Shown in pieces: positions 1-14,081 of a DNA stretch of 64,000 nt (positions are counted from its first letter, which is position 1; every line of letters begins with the position of its first letter). The stretch comes from Octopus sinensis. Taxonomy: Eukaryota. Position numbers and translations under genes: made by a program. The notes beneath the pieces were generated by a model. That model ran no database searches and was not told the DNA's origin. It was given only the letters and a program-made list of their open reading frames with translations. Location: contig NC_043003.1 of the NCBI RefSeq assembly GCF_006345805.1, positions 45,694,001 to 45,758,000 of the forward strand, in the 5' to 3' direction.

Positions 1-1592
1 TAAGTGAAACTTTGCGAGTGAGTAGCTTTTTGAAAGTGATAAGGTGATGAATAAAATTTTTAAAGATGTGTACTCCCTATTTTTTCTCTATAGATTACCA
101 AGAATAACAATTTGAAAAAAGTAAAAAATTAATTTGGCGTGGATAAGGAGAAAATGAAAATATTGTGAATATGTTTTGTGAGGGAAATCCTAATCTCCTG
201 CATCGCAAATATAGGAATCGGAAGAAATTTAGGAAAACAAATAAGGTGGTGGAGACGGAAATGTCTCCACGGATATGCTAGAAAGAAGCGGTAAATGACA
301 GGATTTCTGGGAAAACTTCATTTTATGTTTATATCGAATATCAGGTTTTTAAATACGCTCATCACAAACACAAATTACATAATAGAAAAAAAGATCATTT
401 CAATTAGGGTTGAGCTGTAAATTTACAGGTGCACGCTGCAAGAATTAACATAATTCTCAGAGAAGTACAATCTGGATTGTGTGTATGCAAGTGTGTGTGT
501 CATTTTATGGCATTCTTTCATTTGGAGAAGCAAAGTTTCCAACTCGACATATATGGGATCATATGATTGCTTGTTAATTTCTATAAAATTGTTTTAATCT
601 CTGTATGCTTTGAAGTGAGCAGAAATTGAAAGAGAGGATAAAGTGAAAGGCGACATTGCTTTGAAGTGAGATGAGAAAGTAAAAAAGAGGAGAAAGTGTA
701 AGATGTACGTGTATATGAAATGTACGTGAGAGAGAGAGAAAGAGAGAGGAAAATAAAGTGAGTGAAAGTGTGTGTTGTGATGTATGAAATGTTTTGCATG
801 TATGTGCAAGTGGCACTCACCCGCTCCTTCTTTCTCTCTCTCTCTCACACATTATCTTTCATATACACGTACATAAATAGGTGGAGGTAAAGAATACGAT
901 CACCAGCCATTTTCGACGTAACTCTAACCCTAAACACCGGGAGTGCGTATTCTTGACCTTCGCCCATAAATACATATGCATACATATTTTTTTTGTGCGT
1001 GAAAGAGAAGGATAGAGAGAGAGAAAGAGAGAGAAAGAGGGTGTGTGTGTGTGAAGCTGTATTTCTTCATAACATAAAAAATGGAAGTCTTTTAATGCAC
1101 TGTTGAGGCTTATTTTAATACAATATTAATGTGTACATTTTCATAAATGATTGTCTGAGTAGAATTCTACGTATGTGTGAAACATCGGACGAAAATATTA
1201 CATTAGAAGCAAATCAAAATATTCTCCAAAAATGACCTCAAAATTGTGCGACCCAACCTGGTTGCCGAGATTATTTTAGTTGTAAAAAAGAGTTGTTGGG
1301 TAAAAACATAGTTTATTTGGTAAATAGATAAGATGCAGCTTTCTTTATTATGATACACATGTGACTAATTCGGAGAAATATTACTTTCATTATTCATACA
1401 TTATGACTCTCGTAATGCAACACTGTAATTTTGTTTCAACTTGAAAGTGTGAAACTATTTTCATTTTGTAATGAAACCTGGTCGTTGTAGAGAAGTGTAT
1501 TTGAAATAACTACAGCTGGTTATTAAGATAACGTAGAAAATATGTAATTGAAAAAGATTATTTGACATGTAACTGATTTGATTTCTCTGGAA

Positions 1593-1803
1593 GACGGCAA
1601 GCTGGCAGAATCGTTACGATGCTGAGCAAAATTCTCGAGAGGTATTTCGCTTGTCTTTACATTGAGTTCAAATGCCACCGGGGTGAACTTTGCCTTTCAC
1701 CCGTTCGGTATCGATAAATGAAGTACTAGTGAGACACTGGGGCCGTTGTAATCGACTGGCTCCCTCTCATAAAATATCAGGCCTTCTGCCTATAGAAGAA
1801 AGG
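1593..1803 (+). mobile_element. Octopus tRNA-derived SINE, GGCGGCGAGCTGGCAGAA family (diverged copy)
   Basis: Head GACGGCAAGCTGGCAGAATCGTTA, B-box-like GAGTTCAAATGCC and body CTTTGCCTTTCA...GATAAA match copies at 19.5-20.1 kb, 33.4-34.0 kb and 63.1-64.0 kb. Confidence 0.85.
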
Positions 1804-1814
1804 ATTTGATTGTT

Positions 1815-2095
1815 CTGGTCAGTTGGTAAGAATAGAAGTCATTTGACGGCATCCGTTTGTTTGTAATTGGAGATCTTGTTGCAGGTTCGATCCGAGAAAT
1901 ATTGAAATAATACCTATCTTGTCCATTCTACAGAATAAGATTATACTGGAGAGCATCATAAGAGAGATGAGTCTGTTAAACACGTTTAAGGTTGTTATCT
2001 TGAACACGAATGATAATATCATGATTTTCAGTGGGATCACCAACCATAAGGATGGCTACTTCATTAGATGTGGGATCCTTAAAACAGATTAAAAT
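1815..2095 (-). pseudogene. Helitron Rep/helicase remnant
   Basis: Minus strand reads DPTSNEVAILMVGDPTENHDIIIRVQDNNLKRV*QTHLSYDALQYNLIL*NGQDRY...FYSYQL, matching the Helitron motif PT-EVA...SYDALQYPL..G.DGY...FYAYRL, with in-frame stops. Confidence 0.8.
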
Positions 2096-3963
2096 GTTCA
2101 TTACTATAGTAACGATCGCAAAAATCAACAAATATTCATAGAATTGATAATATTGAAAACAGCAAAACGTACACCCCCGAAATTCAATCGAAACGAAATG
2201 TAGTCAATATAGGTGCAAAACATACTTTCTGTAGCTTAGTGATGCTATAAAAAAAGGAAAGTCACCAATTTAGCAAAAGTTAGTATGCGTCACCAATGTA
2301 AGGAAGTACAGAAAGTCAACATTTATTTTGAACACGTACTAAATGTTATTAAAATTCACGATTGAATGAATGTAGCGGTGAAGAAAGTGAAAGTCCAAGA
2401 AAATTCAGAAGGCATAATTCAATTTTTCATACAAAAATAATTTATTTTACAGTTTTGAAACGAACGCTAAACCAAGTGTATAAAAAAGGAAAATGTTGTT
2501 TTTGAACTGTGTAACATTCAGGCTGTAGAACAAATACTGAGTAACACAGTAAAAAGTTTTTTGCGACGTTTATACTCACACTGTTGAAGAATACAAAAAA
2601 AAATCATTATCTTGAAACTGGTTAGAAGGAGTGGAATAACATTTCTGTAATTATATTGAAAGAGCTACTGAGGTTTCCTACTTCACCAAGTTTCCGAATT
2701 TGTTATAATAACCAGAATAATTCTTTTATTTTTTCAGATATATTTGCGAGTATTGTGAGTGGTGTTAAATCAGCCAAATCTTCATGTTGGTAGTATTTGA
2801 AAGTAAACGTTGTTGTTTGTTTGAAGTCCAGGCCGCAAGTGAACTTTCAATATCGGTGCGTTTTACTGTGTGTGTGGGTGGGTGGGGGGTTAGTTTCATA
2901 CATAAACTAAGACACACGCACACGTACATTAAGGCGCACCTGAAGCCTATCTCTGTCTCTGTGTATGTGTCTGTGTCTGTCTTTAGATATGCGTGTGTGT
3001 GTGTTTGCTTGTTTGTCAGTCGTCATAAAGATGTATGTATATTGACAGATACATACACCATCACACAAATAAACTTATCAGTCATCGGCCTAACGTAGGT
3101 AATGAACACGCGAACATATAGAAAATGTGACGCCATCGTCGTTGTGATGGTGGTGGTAAAAGATGTCGTTTACGATAGGTGACTAAAAAAATATGATAAT
3201 CTTAGATTTTTGTAATACAAATAAATAAATGAAAATACAGTTTAGTTGGGAGCCAAAAGCTTAAAGAATCAAAAACGGCAACTCGGTTTGGAATGCATAA
3301 GGAACATATGCACACTCACTCACACATAGAAACTCACTTTTATATATATGTAGATATTTATACTATTTCGATAAAAAAATTTTCACTGCATTATGCAATG
3401 CGTCATTTCAATGACAGCAGGCTTTGGTTAGTGTGAGAGATCTCGGTGCTGCATCTTGCAGGTTTTTCGCTTAATGTATAATAACAATTCTAGATATTAA
3501 GAGAAATCACATTGACGGCTAGGTACAGCGATAACACAGCTTTCAAGAGAACTAACCCCCTGAGAGTGACAAACATTTTTAGTTTTTTGGATAATAATGA
3601 TGTAATTGTTTTGTTTCATTAATCAGAGTTCATTCACAGTGCTAAAATATTTGTTTGAATTTAAACAGAAGACTAATTAAGTTTTAGATTGTTTGTTTAG
3701 CATTAAATGGAACAGTAATTGTATTAGTGATGCTGGCGAGGTGATAAGGGAACCTGTTATAGATTTACCCCGTACAAAATTAAAAAGAAATCAAATGGAT
3801 TTTCTCTCAGGCTAAAAACCTCTCACAAACGTTTCCAACACTGTCAATATATACATAAGTATCTACTCCGTTGCACATTTGTATGTGTGTTTATCTGTTT
3901 GTATGTATTTATGTATGTATGAATGCGTCTATGTATATATGTATGTATGTATCTATCTATCTA

Positions 3964-4036
<73 letters not shown>

Positions 4037-4677
4037 TTCATAACTATGTACGTACTTGACATATTCCCCTTTAGCGTGTATATCTTGCATAATAGTAAAC
4101 ATTCATATAAACACAAGTAGGAAACTATATGAATGTAGTTGTATACATATTTATATATATATATATGTGTGTATATATATATATATTTGTGAGTGTTTGT
4201 GTGTTTGTGTGTGTTTGAGAATGTGTATCTATGTATGTGTTTATATGTACAGGTATATATACACACGCACACACATTTGAATGTCTGTCTCTGTGTGTGA
4301 GTGTGTGTGTTAGTGTGTATGTATGTATGTATGTATGTATGTATGTATGTATGTATGTATGTATGTATGTATGTATGTATTGTATGTATGTATGTATGTA
4401 TGTAGACACACACACATGTTTGTGTGTGTATATTCATAGTAGATAATAAAGGTAAAATTGAATATTAAGAGATGAGACTTTAGGGAAAAGCTAAGTGAGT
4501 GTTTAGAATAAGAATTCGAGATTAGTTTCAGATAATCTAGTTTAGTCTGTTGAGGGAATTCATTGCAGATGTGGAACGACAGTTTTGTTGATTGATTCTC
4601 AAAGAAAATGAGCAAAAGAAATGCGTGAAGGTAACAGAAAAACATGTAGAGAAAGGAACGAAGATACAAAGTGAGAG

Positions 4678-4722
<45 letters not shown>

Positions 4723-4859
4723 TTCATAGGAAAGAATGGTCTAGAGATGGAGGTAAAGGTTCAAAAGAATGCTAGAGAGAGAAAAAGAGGGAAAGAGAGA
4801 GGGAATTATGTGTATGAAGAAAAAATAATATAAAACATGAAGGAGAAGAAATCACAAAA

Positions 4860-5090
4860 TTGAAGGTGCTGATGATGAGAACGACGATGAGGGTGATGTC
4901 AATAATGTGGAATATAAAGGTAACGTAGTAGTAGTAGTGGTGGTGGTGATGTTTGTGGTGGTGTTGGTGGTGCTGCTGCAGTTACTGTTGATAATGATGT
5001 CCATGATGACGATGACGTTGCTGGTGATGCTGAGGATGACTTAGTTGATGATGATTTTGATGGAGAAGCCGCAAGTATCGTTAGTAGTTG
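4860..5090. repeat. Composite trinucleotide low-complexity tract (GAT/GTA/GTG)
   Basis: Direct reading of the sequence. Confidence 0.8.
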
Positions 5091-5251
5091 ATTTAATTTA
5101 AAGTCGGTGATTGTTAACTTCTCGATAGTGTTTCAGGCGATATATGTGTGAATGCGTATTCTAATGTGAATAAATGTGAAACCACATTAACACACGCGCA
5201 TAGATATAGATTTACACACACACACACACATATATATACATACATACATAC

Positions 5252-5299
<48 letters not shown>

Positions 5300-5336
5300 A
5301 TATAGATATATATATATAATAATATATATATTATAT

Positions 5337-5371
<35 letters not shown>

Positions 5372-5372
<1 letters not shown>

Positions 5373-6315
5373 CTAGCAGAGATACTCGGCGTTGCCCGTG
5401 TTACATACAATTGAAGAATTAGACTTTTCTGTTATATTTTTTCTAATGAACTGGAATATCTTTGTTTCGAATTTCATCAAAATTACAGACGAGGGTTATT
5501 TCCCTCTTTACACTCCCCCCAAAATTGTAATCGTGCCACATATATCCCATACTACTGATTTTTATGCACATATTGCAAAATTCCAGTCTTATTGAACCTG
5601 TTAAAAAGATTTTGCTCCTGAAAAATGAAGGTCATAGAGTTCTAAAATGTGAGAATTAAGGCCCATGTTGGGGGTGGGCATCTTAATGTCAACCAGAGAA
5701 GTTGATTTGTTGAGAGTCTTTTTTACTTGGGTCTCATAGCTATCGTTCGAATTTCTTTGAAATAGGAAATATGCGTTCACTGGGTTTGTAAAAGTGAGCA
5801 AAGCTACAGGAAACCAAAAGACGAATGATCACAATAAGCAGTCAGCTATAGTACCCTAGACGTTACCACTCCCAATGTAGGACCTAGTTTTGGATCATAA
5901 ATGAAATGATTAAAATTTGGGAGTTAAGGCCCCCATTAGGGTGTCTCAGAATCCTCATGTGAAGTGGTAACTTTGAGAATACTTCTTGATGTGTGTCAAT
6001 TACCCATGGTTGAAATTTCATCAACATCGAAAATTTATGAATTTTCATGTGGGGTTCTTCCCCCTTTAAGCCATCTTAAATTCAAACCAAACATATTGCA
6101 TTATACCCGCCCTTATGCATTGAATCTAAGTTTCAAATACCATAAGGATCCATTGAGAAATTTTGGTCCATGAAATTGTATGAAACACAAAGCATTACCC
6201 TTCTCCCTGGGCTTCGATTTTTTGTTCCAACTTTCATTATGATCGGTGTAGCAGTTTTCGAAAGTATAATTAATACACGAACACATAAAGACATTGTCTT
6301 TAACATAATAAATAT
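5372..6315 (+). mobile_element. Non-autonomous Helitron/Helentron (HINE/DINE-like) element
   Basis: Starts after (TA)n with ACTAGCAGAGATACTCGGCGTTGCCCGTG and ends with the typical ...AACTTTCATTATGATCGGTGTAGCAGTTTTCG...ACACGAACACATAAAGACATT tail. Confidence 0.65.
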
Positions 6316-6325
6316 GAATGTACAC

Positions 6326-6375
<50 letters not shown>

Positions 6376-6494
6376 GTGTGCGTGTGAGTGTATTATATAT
6401 ATATATACATACACACACACAAAGATAAATTGATAAATACAACTGAGTGGGCAAACAAAAATATGAGACACAGCGTAGTGCTTTTTTATGTTGA

Positions 6495-6795
6495 TAAGCC
6501 TGGTACTTATTCTATTAGTTTCTTTTTGTGAAACCAGTAAGTTATGGGGATGTAAATAGACGAACACCAGTTGTGAGGCAGTGATGAACGAGAAACACAA
6601 AGACACACACACAGACTTAGATATATACATACATATATATACGATTGATTTGTTTCAGTTTCTGTCTACAAAATCCACTGACAAGGCTTTGGTTGGTCTA
6701 AGGCTATAACAGAAGACTCATGCCAAGTCACCACACAGTGGGACTGAACTGAGGACCATGTGTTTTGGAACGAAGTTTGTTGCCACACCTGCACC
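6495..6795 (-). mobile_element. Octopus SINE, GGAGTGGCTGTGTGGTAA family (partial)
   Basis: Reverse complement of the family body (AAATCCACT...AAGGCTTTGG...CAGTGGGACTGAAC), as at 13.1, 14.1 and 23.5 kb. Confidence 0.85.
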
Positions 6796-7149
6796 TGTGT
6801 GTGTGTATGTGTGTATGGGTGTATATATGTATGCATGTATATATGTGAATATATTTGTGTACATATTACATGTACATCTATATATATATACATCTACACA
6901 TATACATGTATACATATACATCTATATCTATAGAAATAAATGTATACATATACAGCTATACACACATACACACACATACACATACATAGGTGCAAGTGTG
7001 GCTGTGTGGTAACAAACTTCGTTCCAAAACACATGGTCCTGGGTTAAAAATTAAATTTAATATAATAAGGTTGAGAAATTGAATATTAATTTGATTAATA
7101 TGAATTGAAAACCAGTGGTGTAGCATACAAGACCATAGCGGATCTTCTT

Positions 7150-7492
7150 CTTGCAAAATGGATGTCCACTGTTAATGTTTCATCCCTCTTATATAATAGT
7201 TTGACTTTAATTGTTTCAGTATTCAAGTGAAAGTATCTGACATTACAATAGAGAGATGTTTTTGCTTCACTTTTAACACGTAATACTGAAATAGTGGAGA
7301 AGATATGATATTGCTATGGGCTCGCTCTAGGCAAGAAGTTGAACATTTTTTTTTTGCCTATGAAACTACATGGACCCTAAGTAAGGCATGTGCAAAATTT
7401 GAATGAAATTGGTTGTGTAGTTCTCAAGTTTTAGGGAAACACACAGACAGACAGACAGACAGACACACATTCTCAGTTATATATATATAAAG

Positions 7493-7500
<8 letters not shown>
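7150..7500 (+). mobile_element. HINE/Helentron-like 3' fragment
   Basis: GTGCAAAATTTGAATGAAATTGGTTGTGTAGTTCTCAAG...ACAGACAGACAGACACACATTCTCAGTTATATATATA terminal pattern. Confidence 0.5.
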
Positions 7501-7551
<51 letters not shown>

Positions 7552-8892
7552 GTATGTATATGGTAACAGACTTAGAATTGCCGTGTGAATTCGTAATCTA
7601 CAGAAAATAAAGGAACTCTTGAGCACAGGCTGGGTGTGAAAACAGCTTAGAAAATTGGATAAACACCGTTAGAAGAGGGAAATAAAGTGGCCAGTATGTC
7701 TTTACAGAGAAACGAACACTGTACCGATCGAACAATATATATAAATATAAAAGTGGAGGTGAGAGAGAAAATCTTTAATACCACGTGGTCTACAGTGAGC
7801 TACTATAACATTTATACAATCCTTAATTTAGTACAACCTTTGCCGGAGAAAGTATTGCATCTGAACCAAAACAATTAAGATGTTAAATAAAAATTCTGAG
7901 TAATATTATTACATGCCACCAATAAATGTTACGTGGATAACATTGGTATCATTTTAGATCCCTATTGAATGTAATAAAGAGTGAAACGTAACATCCTGTG
8001 GATCGTTTTCCCGTGAGCATGAAGCAAGGGAGTGAAAAAAAAATGTGCAAAACATACAGTGTTAAACCAACTTGAAAAGTATTCGCTACAGCAGACATTC
8101 TCATCTGAGAAATTTTCATGGAGAGACAAATTTAACACTGAGTAATGATACGTCATAACCTGAAACAACTATATAAGTGCGTGCGTGTGTATGTGCATAT
8201 GTGTGCGTACACACACATACACACACATGCGCGCGCAAATATACGTACATATACATATATAAATATAGGTATTATATATGTATGTATATGTGTGTATTTA
8301 TGTATGTAGGTAAATATGAATGTATACGTGCGAAACTATTTTCTAACTGCTTGCGTTGGTTTAACCTCAGAGACAGTAAACATTATAAACTAATGGACAA
8401 TTGAATAATCATGATTTATAGGTTTTTCCTCTCTCTTCTTTTCTGTTTGTTTCTTTCCCCAGGGATTGTGTCTATAATATTAAAGCATTTAGATATATAT
8501 ATAAAATAGTATGATGGGTTATTGTAAGTCATTTACGAGTGTGTTTACCACTCCTTCACATCTCTCTCTCTCTCTCTCTCTCCGTTTATAGTTACAGCCA
8601 TGCATATTATTAATCGCGCGTGTGAGTGTGTGTTTATGTGAGTGAAAATTATTTAAATATGGTCATATTTCACACCAAAGTGTATTGTGCATTTTAATGA
8701 TTTGTGACAGTCTGTGATTATAAGACCGCTTATGATTTAAAATAATTCGTTTCGGTTATTTCTTTTAAGATGTTTTGTTTATGATGTGCTATTAAATATA
8801 TTTCCAATAAGTTGTGCAATATATTTGTTTAATAGACGAAATGATTCTTCGGAATACTTGCATTCTTCCTTTCTCTCCTCACTTTATATATA

Positions 8893-8946
<54 letters not shown>

Positions 8947-9129
8947 ATAGAGAGAGAGAGAGAGAGAAAGTGAGAGAGTGAGAGAGAGTTATAAAGTCAC
9001 TTATGCGAAAGGTGTATATTAACAATCTAAGGATTTCTAGTATAGCTACAAAGCTAAACATTCTCAAGAAAGTTTATAGTTGATTATATCGATGTAATAC
9101 TTGACTACGACTAATTTATAGACCGCGAA

Positions 9130-9830
9130 AGAATGAAAGCTCTTTTCTATAACCGAATTCATAGATTTTGATGTGGAGAAATACATTGAGATTATCAGTG
9201 AGACTGAATCAGAGTTCCATGAAGTCAATACGATGAACTGGACCTCCTCCTTAAACTGAGCAATGACAATAACTATTTAGACAGGCATGACCTTAGTAGA
9301 TTCTGCTCCACCAGATCACAGAGGAGAAGACTACCCACAATCACCTCAGCAGTAAAGAAAAGCACCGCAGAGCGCTGGAGTGGCTGGAACATACCCACCC
9401 AAGACCCTGAGAATAACTGAGCAAGGAATGACTGCACATGCATTAGGGTATACCACAAGAGCCAACTTGAAGGACCATATAGTAAAGTTTAACAGGAAAG
9501 TATAAATGCAGGTTCAAGGTGCAGTAATTTGTGTCGGTGTAGCTAGAGATATGGCCGAGCTCTTCATGACCTGGTGGGACAGAAAACTTAAGCAATCCTT
9601 TGCAGAACAGCCCACAACTCTTTTACTTTACTGTAGATATGTAGACGACATTGATATTCTAGTTAAGACCAGTTCTAGTAGCAGTAATGTAGAACCCGCG
9701 ACGAACATAATGGAGGCATCCAACATGTAGCTAACTCCATCCACCAAAGAATCAAGGTAACTATAGGCATCCCAACAATAAACTACCTCTCCTTGATACT
9801 AAAATTTGGTTAGAGACTGTGAACAACAGA
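9130..9830 (+). pseudogene. Penelope-like element reverse transcriptase remnant
   Basis: Reads NLKDHIVKFNRKV*MQVQGAVICVGVARDMAELFMTWWDRK...LYCRYVDDIDILV, then NSIHQRIKVT...KLPLLDTKIW. These are PLE RT motifs 4-7 including YVDD, broken by stops and frameshifts. Confidence 0.85.
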
Positions 9831-10260
9831 ATGCAGCCCCTTCACTCCCATAGTTTCGAAATATGTTGTTCACATCCATTTATACATACATATGCGTATG
9901 CGTACGCGAGCTAAACACACATGCTCACTAACAAACAAAAAGAACGCAGCTCGGATAACGAACAGAGTCAGCGACTATGGAAAAGGTTGCAAGATGCAAT
10001 GAAAATTTTAGAAAAAAATAAATTAGTAAATGAGTGGAAACTTCACCGGTGCATGTGTTAAATAACAAGGCACTAAAGAAGAATGACTCTCCCTAGACAC
10101 AACAAAATATGCTTCAACACACGAACTCATATAAAGAATTTTGCAAACTAAATCCAAAGGCGAAACATACATAAATGTATGTATATTTATCTATATATGT
10201 ATGTGTGCTTGTGTATGGGTGTGTGTATACGTGTGTGTGTGGAGGCGATAATTTACTTAC

Positions 10261-10366
10261 CCTTCTGAATTACTTTGCTGTTTGTAATGGCCTTCCTTAA
10301 ATTGTTCTTTGTCCCCATATTTGACATGTCTTGAAGGAATAACGGTTTATCCTTACCCACCACATC
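10261..10366 (-). CDS. Candidate coding exon of an unidentified host gene (DVVGKDKPLFLQDMSNMGTKNNLRKAITNSKVIQK)
   Basis: Acceptor gttcttttatatag|GAT and donor AAGG|gtaagt; 106 nt, open, phase 0 to 1; phase-compatible with the exon at 16227-16281. Confidence 0.55.
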
Positions 10367-11918
10367 CTATATAAAAGAACACTCTGGCATAAGGTCTCTG
10401 AGTGTTTCGTGCCATTTACCCACTGCCAAATTTTTCAAAGTAAATTTCCCACCCCAACCACCATTCAGCTTTTCCAAAGGCATTATGATTTAAAAAGACA
10501 GACAAACATAAATCAAATAATAAGAACAAATTGAAATCCGGCTATAAAACCTTATTCTAAAATTATTCTATTTTCAGATAACAATAGCAATACAAATATC
10601 ACATGACAATTTTATTGAAACAATTTCAATAATTTATGGAATAATGACCAACAGATATCAGAATCAAACACAGTCTTCTAAATTAGGCTCCTCTTTTAGT
10701 GACACAGTTTTTATGAAGAATAGAACACAGATCGTTAAATTCAAAGTAGGGAAAGGAAAATAAATTGCTGTTTCTCTCCTAACATAAATCTACTTCACAT
10801 TTTCTTATATTTTACATATTTTTTAAACTATTGTAATTGAAAAAATATAACAAAATTCAGAATCAGTAAAATTACATTCTGCGTGGGTGAAATTTGCCCC
10901 AGTTTTGGCACCTCAGATCAAGGAACACTCTTCCTAATGCTCCTTTCCTTATTTTTAAATCGGTTTTATGATTTGAGGGAGATCATGGCACTGATATCTT
11001 GCAAGCTGAATGAGTGCGTCGAGGTTCCTATGCGGGTTAATACTCTGAGATGTATATCTGATAAATAATTTATTTTATTTTAATAAACTCTGTTTGAATT
11101 GGGCAATAATCATTTCGGAGTAAGAAATAATTACATGAATTATTCGGTGAAGAGAATAAATCACGTTGATATTTTACGTCACAAGTGTGACACATTCATT
11201 ATGGTAGTTTGTGAAGAGATAGACGATTGCAAGTGTGAATGATAACAATTTAGCAATGGCGTATATTTTTTTGCACATTGTCGTTCATATTGTTGATGCT
11301 GTTACAGCTATATTGTATATGTATGTGTGCGTGGTGTGTGTGTTTGTGTGTGTGTGTGTGTGTGTGGGGTATTTATGCAGATATAGTCAACTCATGTCAT
11401 ATATCATATAGTACCTCACGCTCAATAGCAAAAAAAAAAAAAATAAAATAAAATGGAGGAAAGAAAACAAAGTCGTGAATGAATCGGAAGCGGAAATGAA
11501 ACAAAGAAATTAAATTTAAGCGTAAATTTAGAACTTCGATAAATTGGACACAAAATAAAATTATGAAGGAAATTCAACAAACAAACATAACGAATGGAGG
11601 AAAGTGTGTGTGTGCATGTGTGTGTGTATATATGTGTATGTGTGTGTGTGCATGTGTATGTGTGTGTGTCAGCGTGCGCGCGCTCATGGGTTTGTGTATG
11701 TTTCTATGTCTGTGTCCGTGTGTGTCTGTATAAGTATTTCTGTTTTGAACTGGGTGCGTATATCTGTGTACCTGCGACTGAGCTTGATTATGAAAGTACA
11801 CGTACTATGCATAATATCATGTATGTTTTTCTTCGTGTGTACGAGTATCTGTGTACGTGAGCGAATGTATATGTATGTGTGTGTGTAAGTATGGGGAAAG
11901 AAAGATAGCGAGATTGAG

Positions 11919-11993
<75 letters not shown>

Positions 11994-12454
11994 GACAGAG
12001 ATAATGAGATTGGAGAGATAGGGACAAATCTAATATAAAAATATACTGGAAAAATATAGAAACTTGAGATTTATTTCGCAGCGGTCCGTGAAGATAAAAT
12101 TGGGGATGGGATTTTTGGGGCCAATAGTTCTTTATCATGTAGGTAAGGGCAGGAAGTGAAAAGGACAGAGATAACGCAAGGGAAATCTGTTCTATGTTTG
12201 CAAAATTGCAGTGTTACCATATATTCTAGTGGAACGTGTTTAAAAATGAAGTAAAATAGATGTGACTACCCGTGAAGTAGAAACAATAACCCTTGGCCCT
12301 CATTCCAATATTCATCACCGTCACTAATTTGATAAAAGCTAATAGATGTGTGTATTTACATACATATATCCATAGACTGATATATGTATATAAACATTAT
12401 ATATATACGTATATACATACATAGATATATACATACATATATATATATACATAC

Positions 12455-12488
<34 letters not shown>

Positions 12489-12722
12489 GTATACAAACGT
12501 GTGTGGGAGGCATAGCCAAATATACGCAAGTATATATATGTACACACGCGCATAATATGTGGATGCATACATGTGTATGTACTTGTTTGGTACATACATT
12601 ATACTCTTATACTCTTAAATATATATCAATATACGCTCACACAGGTGTATACAAGTATATAGATATATAAGTATATATATATATATATAATATATATATA
12701 TATATATAATATATATATATAT

Positions 12723-12944
12723 AATCAAAATAAGCAAAAATGGATATCCAAAGGTAATGCAGTACGATCGTTTCATGCAACGCCATTTAATTGAACAATG
12801 CAATCATTACATCAATTTAAAATGTAGAGCATCTTCAGATGCACAAAGACATAGACTTTAATGATTGCATTGTTCAATGAAATGGAGTTGCATGAAACAA
12901 TCGTACTCCATTACCTCTGGATATCCTTGTTGCTTATTTTGATT
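12723..12944. repeat. Imperfect inverted repeat, about 87-bp arms and 49-nt loop
   Basis: 12723-12809 is the reverse complement of 12859-12944 with a few mismatches. Confidence 0.9.
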
Positions 12945-13081
12945 TCAATCACTTTATTTTGAAATAGTATGGATAATACCGTACTAAATTCTGGTGCTTC
13001 AATAAGTACCATATTCATCTGAATCTAAAATTTTGCTGAACTCATCTACTATACCTAAAGTATATATATATATATATTTAA

Positions 13082-13117
<36 letters not shown>

Positions 13118-13287
13118 GCACAAGAGTGACAGTGTGGTAAGAAACTTGCTTCTCAGCCTCATGGTTCTGGGTTCAGTGGCACTGCTTGGCATCGTGGGAA
13201 GGTGTCTTCTACTATAGCCCCGGGCTGACTAAAGGCTTGTGTGTGGATTTGGCAGACAGAAACTGAAATAAACCCGTCGTATGTATG

Positions 13288-13339
<52 letters not shown>

Positions 13340-13560
13340 GTGTGTGTCGTGTCTGTGTTTGTCTCACCTCCACCTCTCGACAACTGCTGCTGGTGTGTTT
13401 GCGCCTTCGTAACACAGCGGTTCAGCATAAGAGATCAATTAAACAAGTACTAGGGTTACAAAGAATAAGTTCTGTGGTCTATGACTTCGACTAAAACTCT
13501 TTCGGGTCGTAGTTCATTACGGCCGCAGTTAAATGACTGAAACGATTAAAAGTATAGAAA
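13118..13560 (+). mobile_element. Octopus SINE, GGAGTGGCTGTGTGGTAA family, near full length
   Basis: tRNA-like head (GTGTGGTAA...GGGTTCAGT), internal (TA/TG)n and 3' GGCCGCAGTTAAATGACTGAAAC. Confidence 0.9.
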
Positions 13561-14009
13561 AATAAAACAATATATGCATATATGTATGTATTGCATATAT
13601 ATACATATATATATATGTATATGCGTGTGTACGTACATATTGTATATATATTATGGAGGGCATTATTACACATACATTCCACACGCTAGGAGGGACTCTT
13701 AAAGTCAAAACTACTAAAATATATAAACATATCGTACCGAATGCATTTCTCGAAGCAAGTCATTTAAAAACAGAATTCAGCTGCAGATCACTGTGATTTC
13801 GTAATTACACACACACACACACACATACAAATATATATATATATATATATAATATATATATGTATGTATGTATTATGTGCAATAATAATCACTATATAAT
13901 ATAAATAAATATATTTAAGTGAAAAAATTGGTGGATTTTTCTCTTATGAGGTTTTTCACGCTGACTACTTGATACATTCTTATGAAGATTTTATGATAAT
14001 TTTAAATTG

Positions 14010-14079
<70 letters not shown>

Positions 14080-14081
14080 GA

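Noticed and set aside
2738-2790. Plus-strand exon DIFASIVSGVKSAKSSC
   Set aside because: The acceptor is good but the donor is weak, and I found no partner exons on the plus strand.
8115-8159. Terminal exon GYDVSLLSVKFVSP*
   Set aside because: It is phase-compatible with 10261, but an alternative acceptor near 7595 (DYEFTRQF*) fits equally well, so I cannot choose between them.
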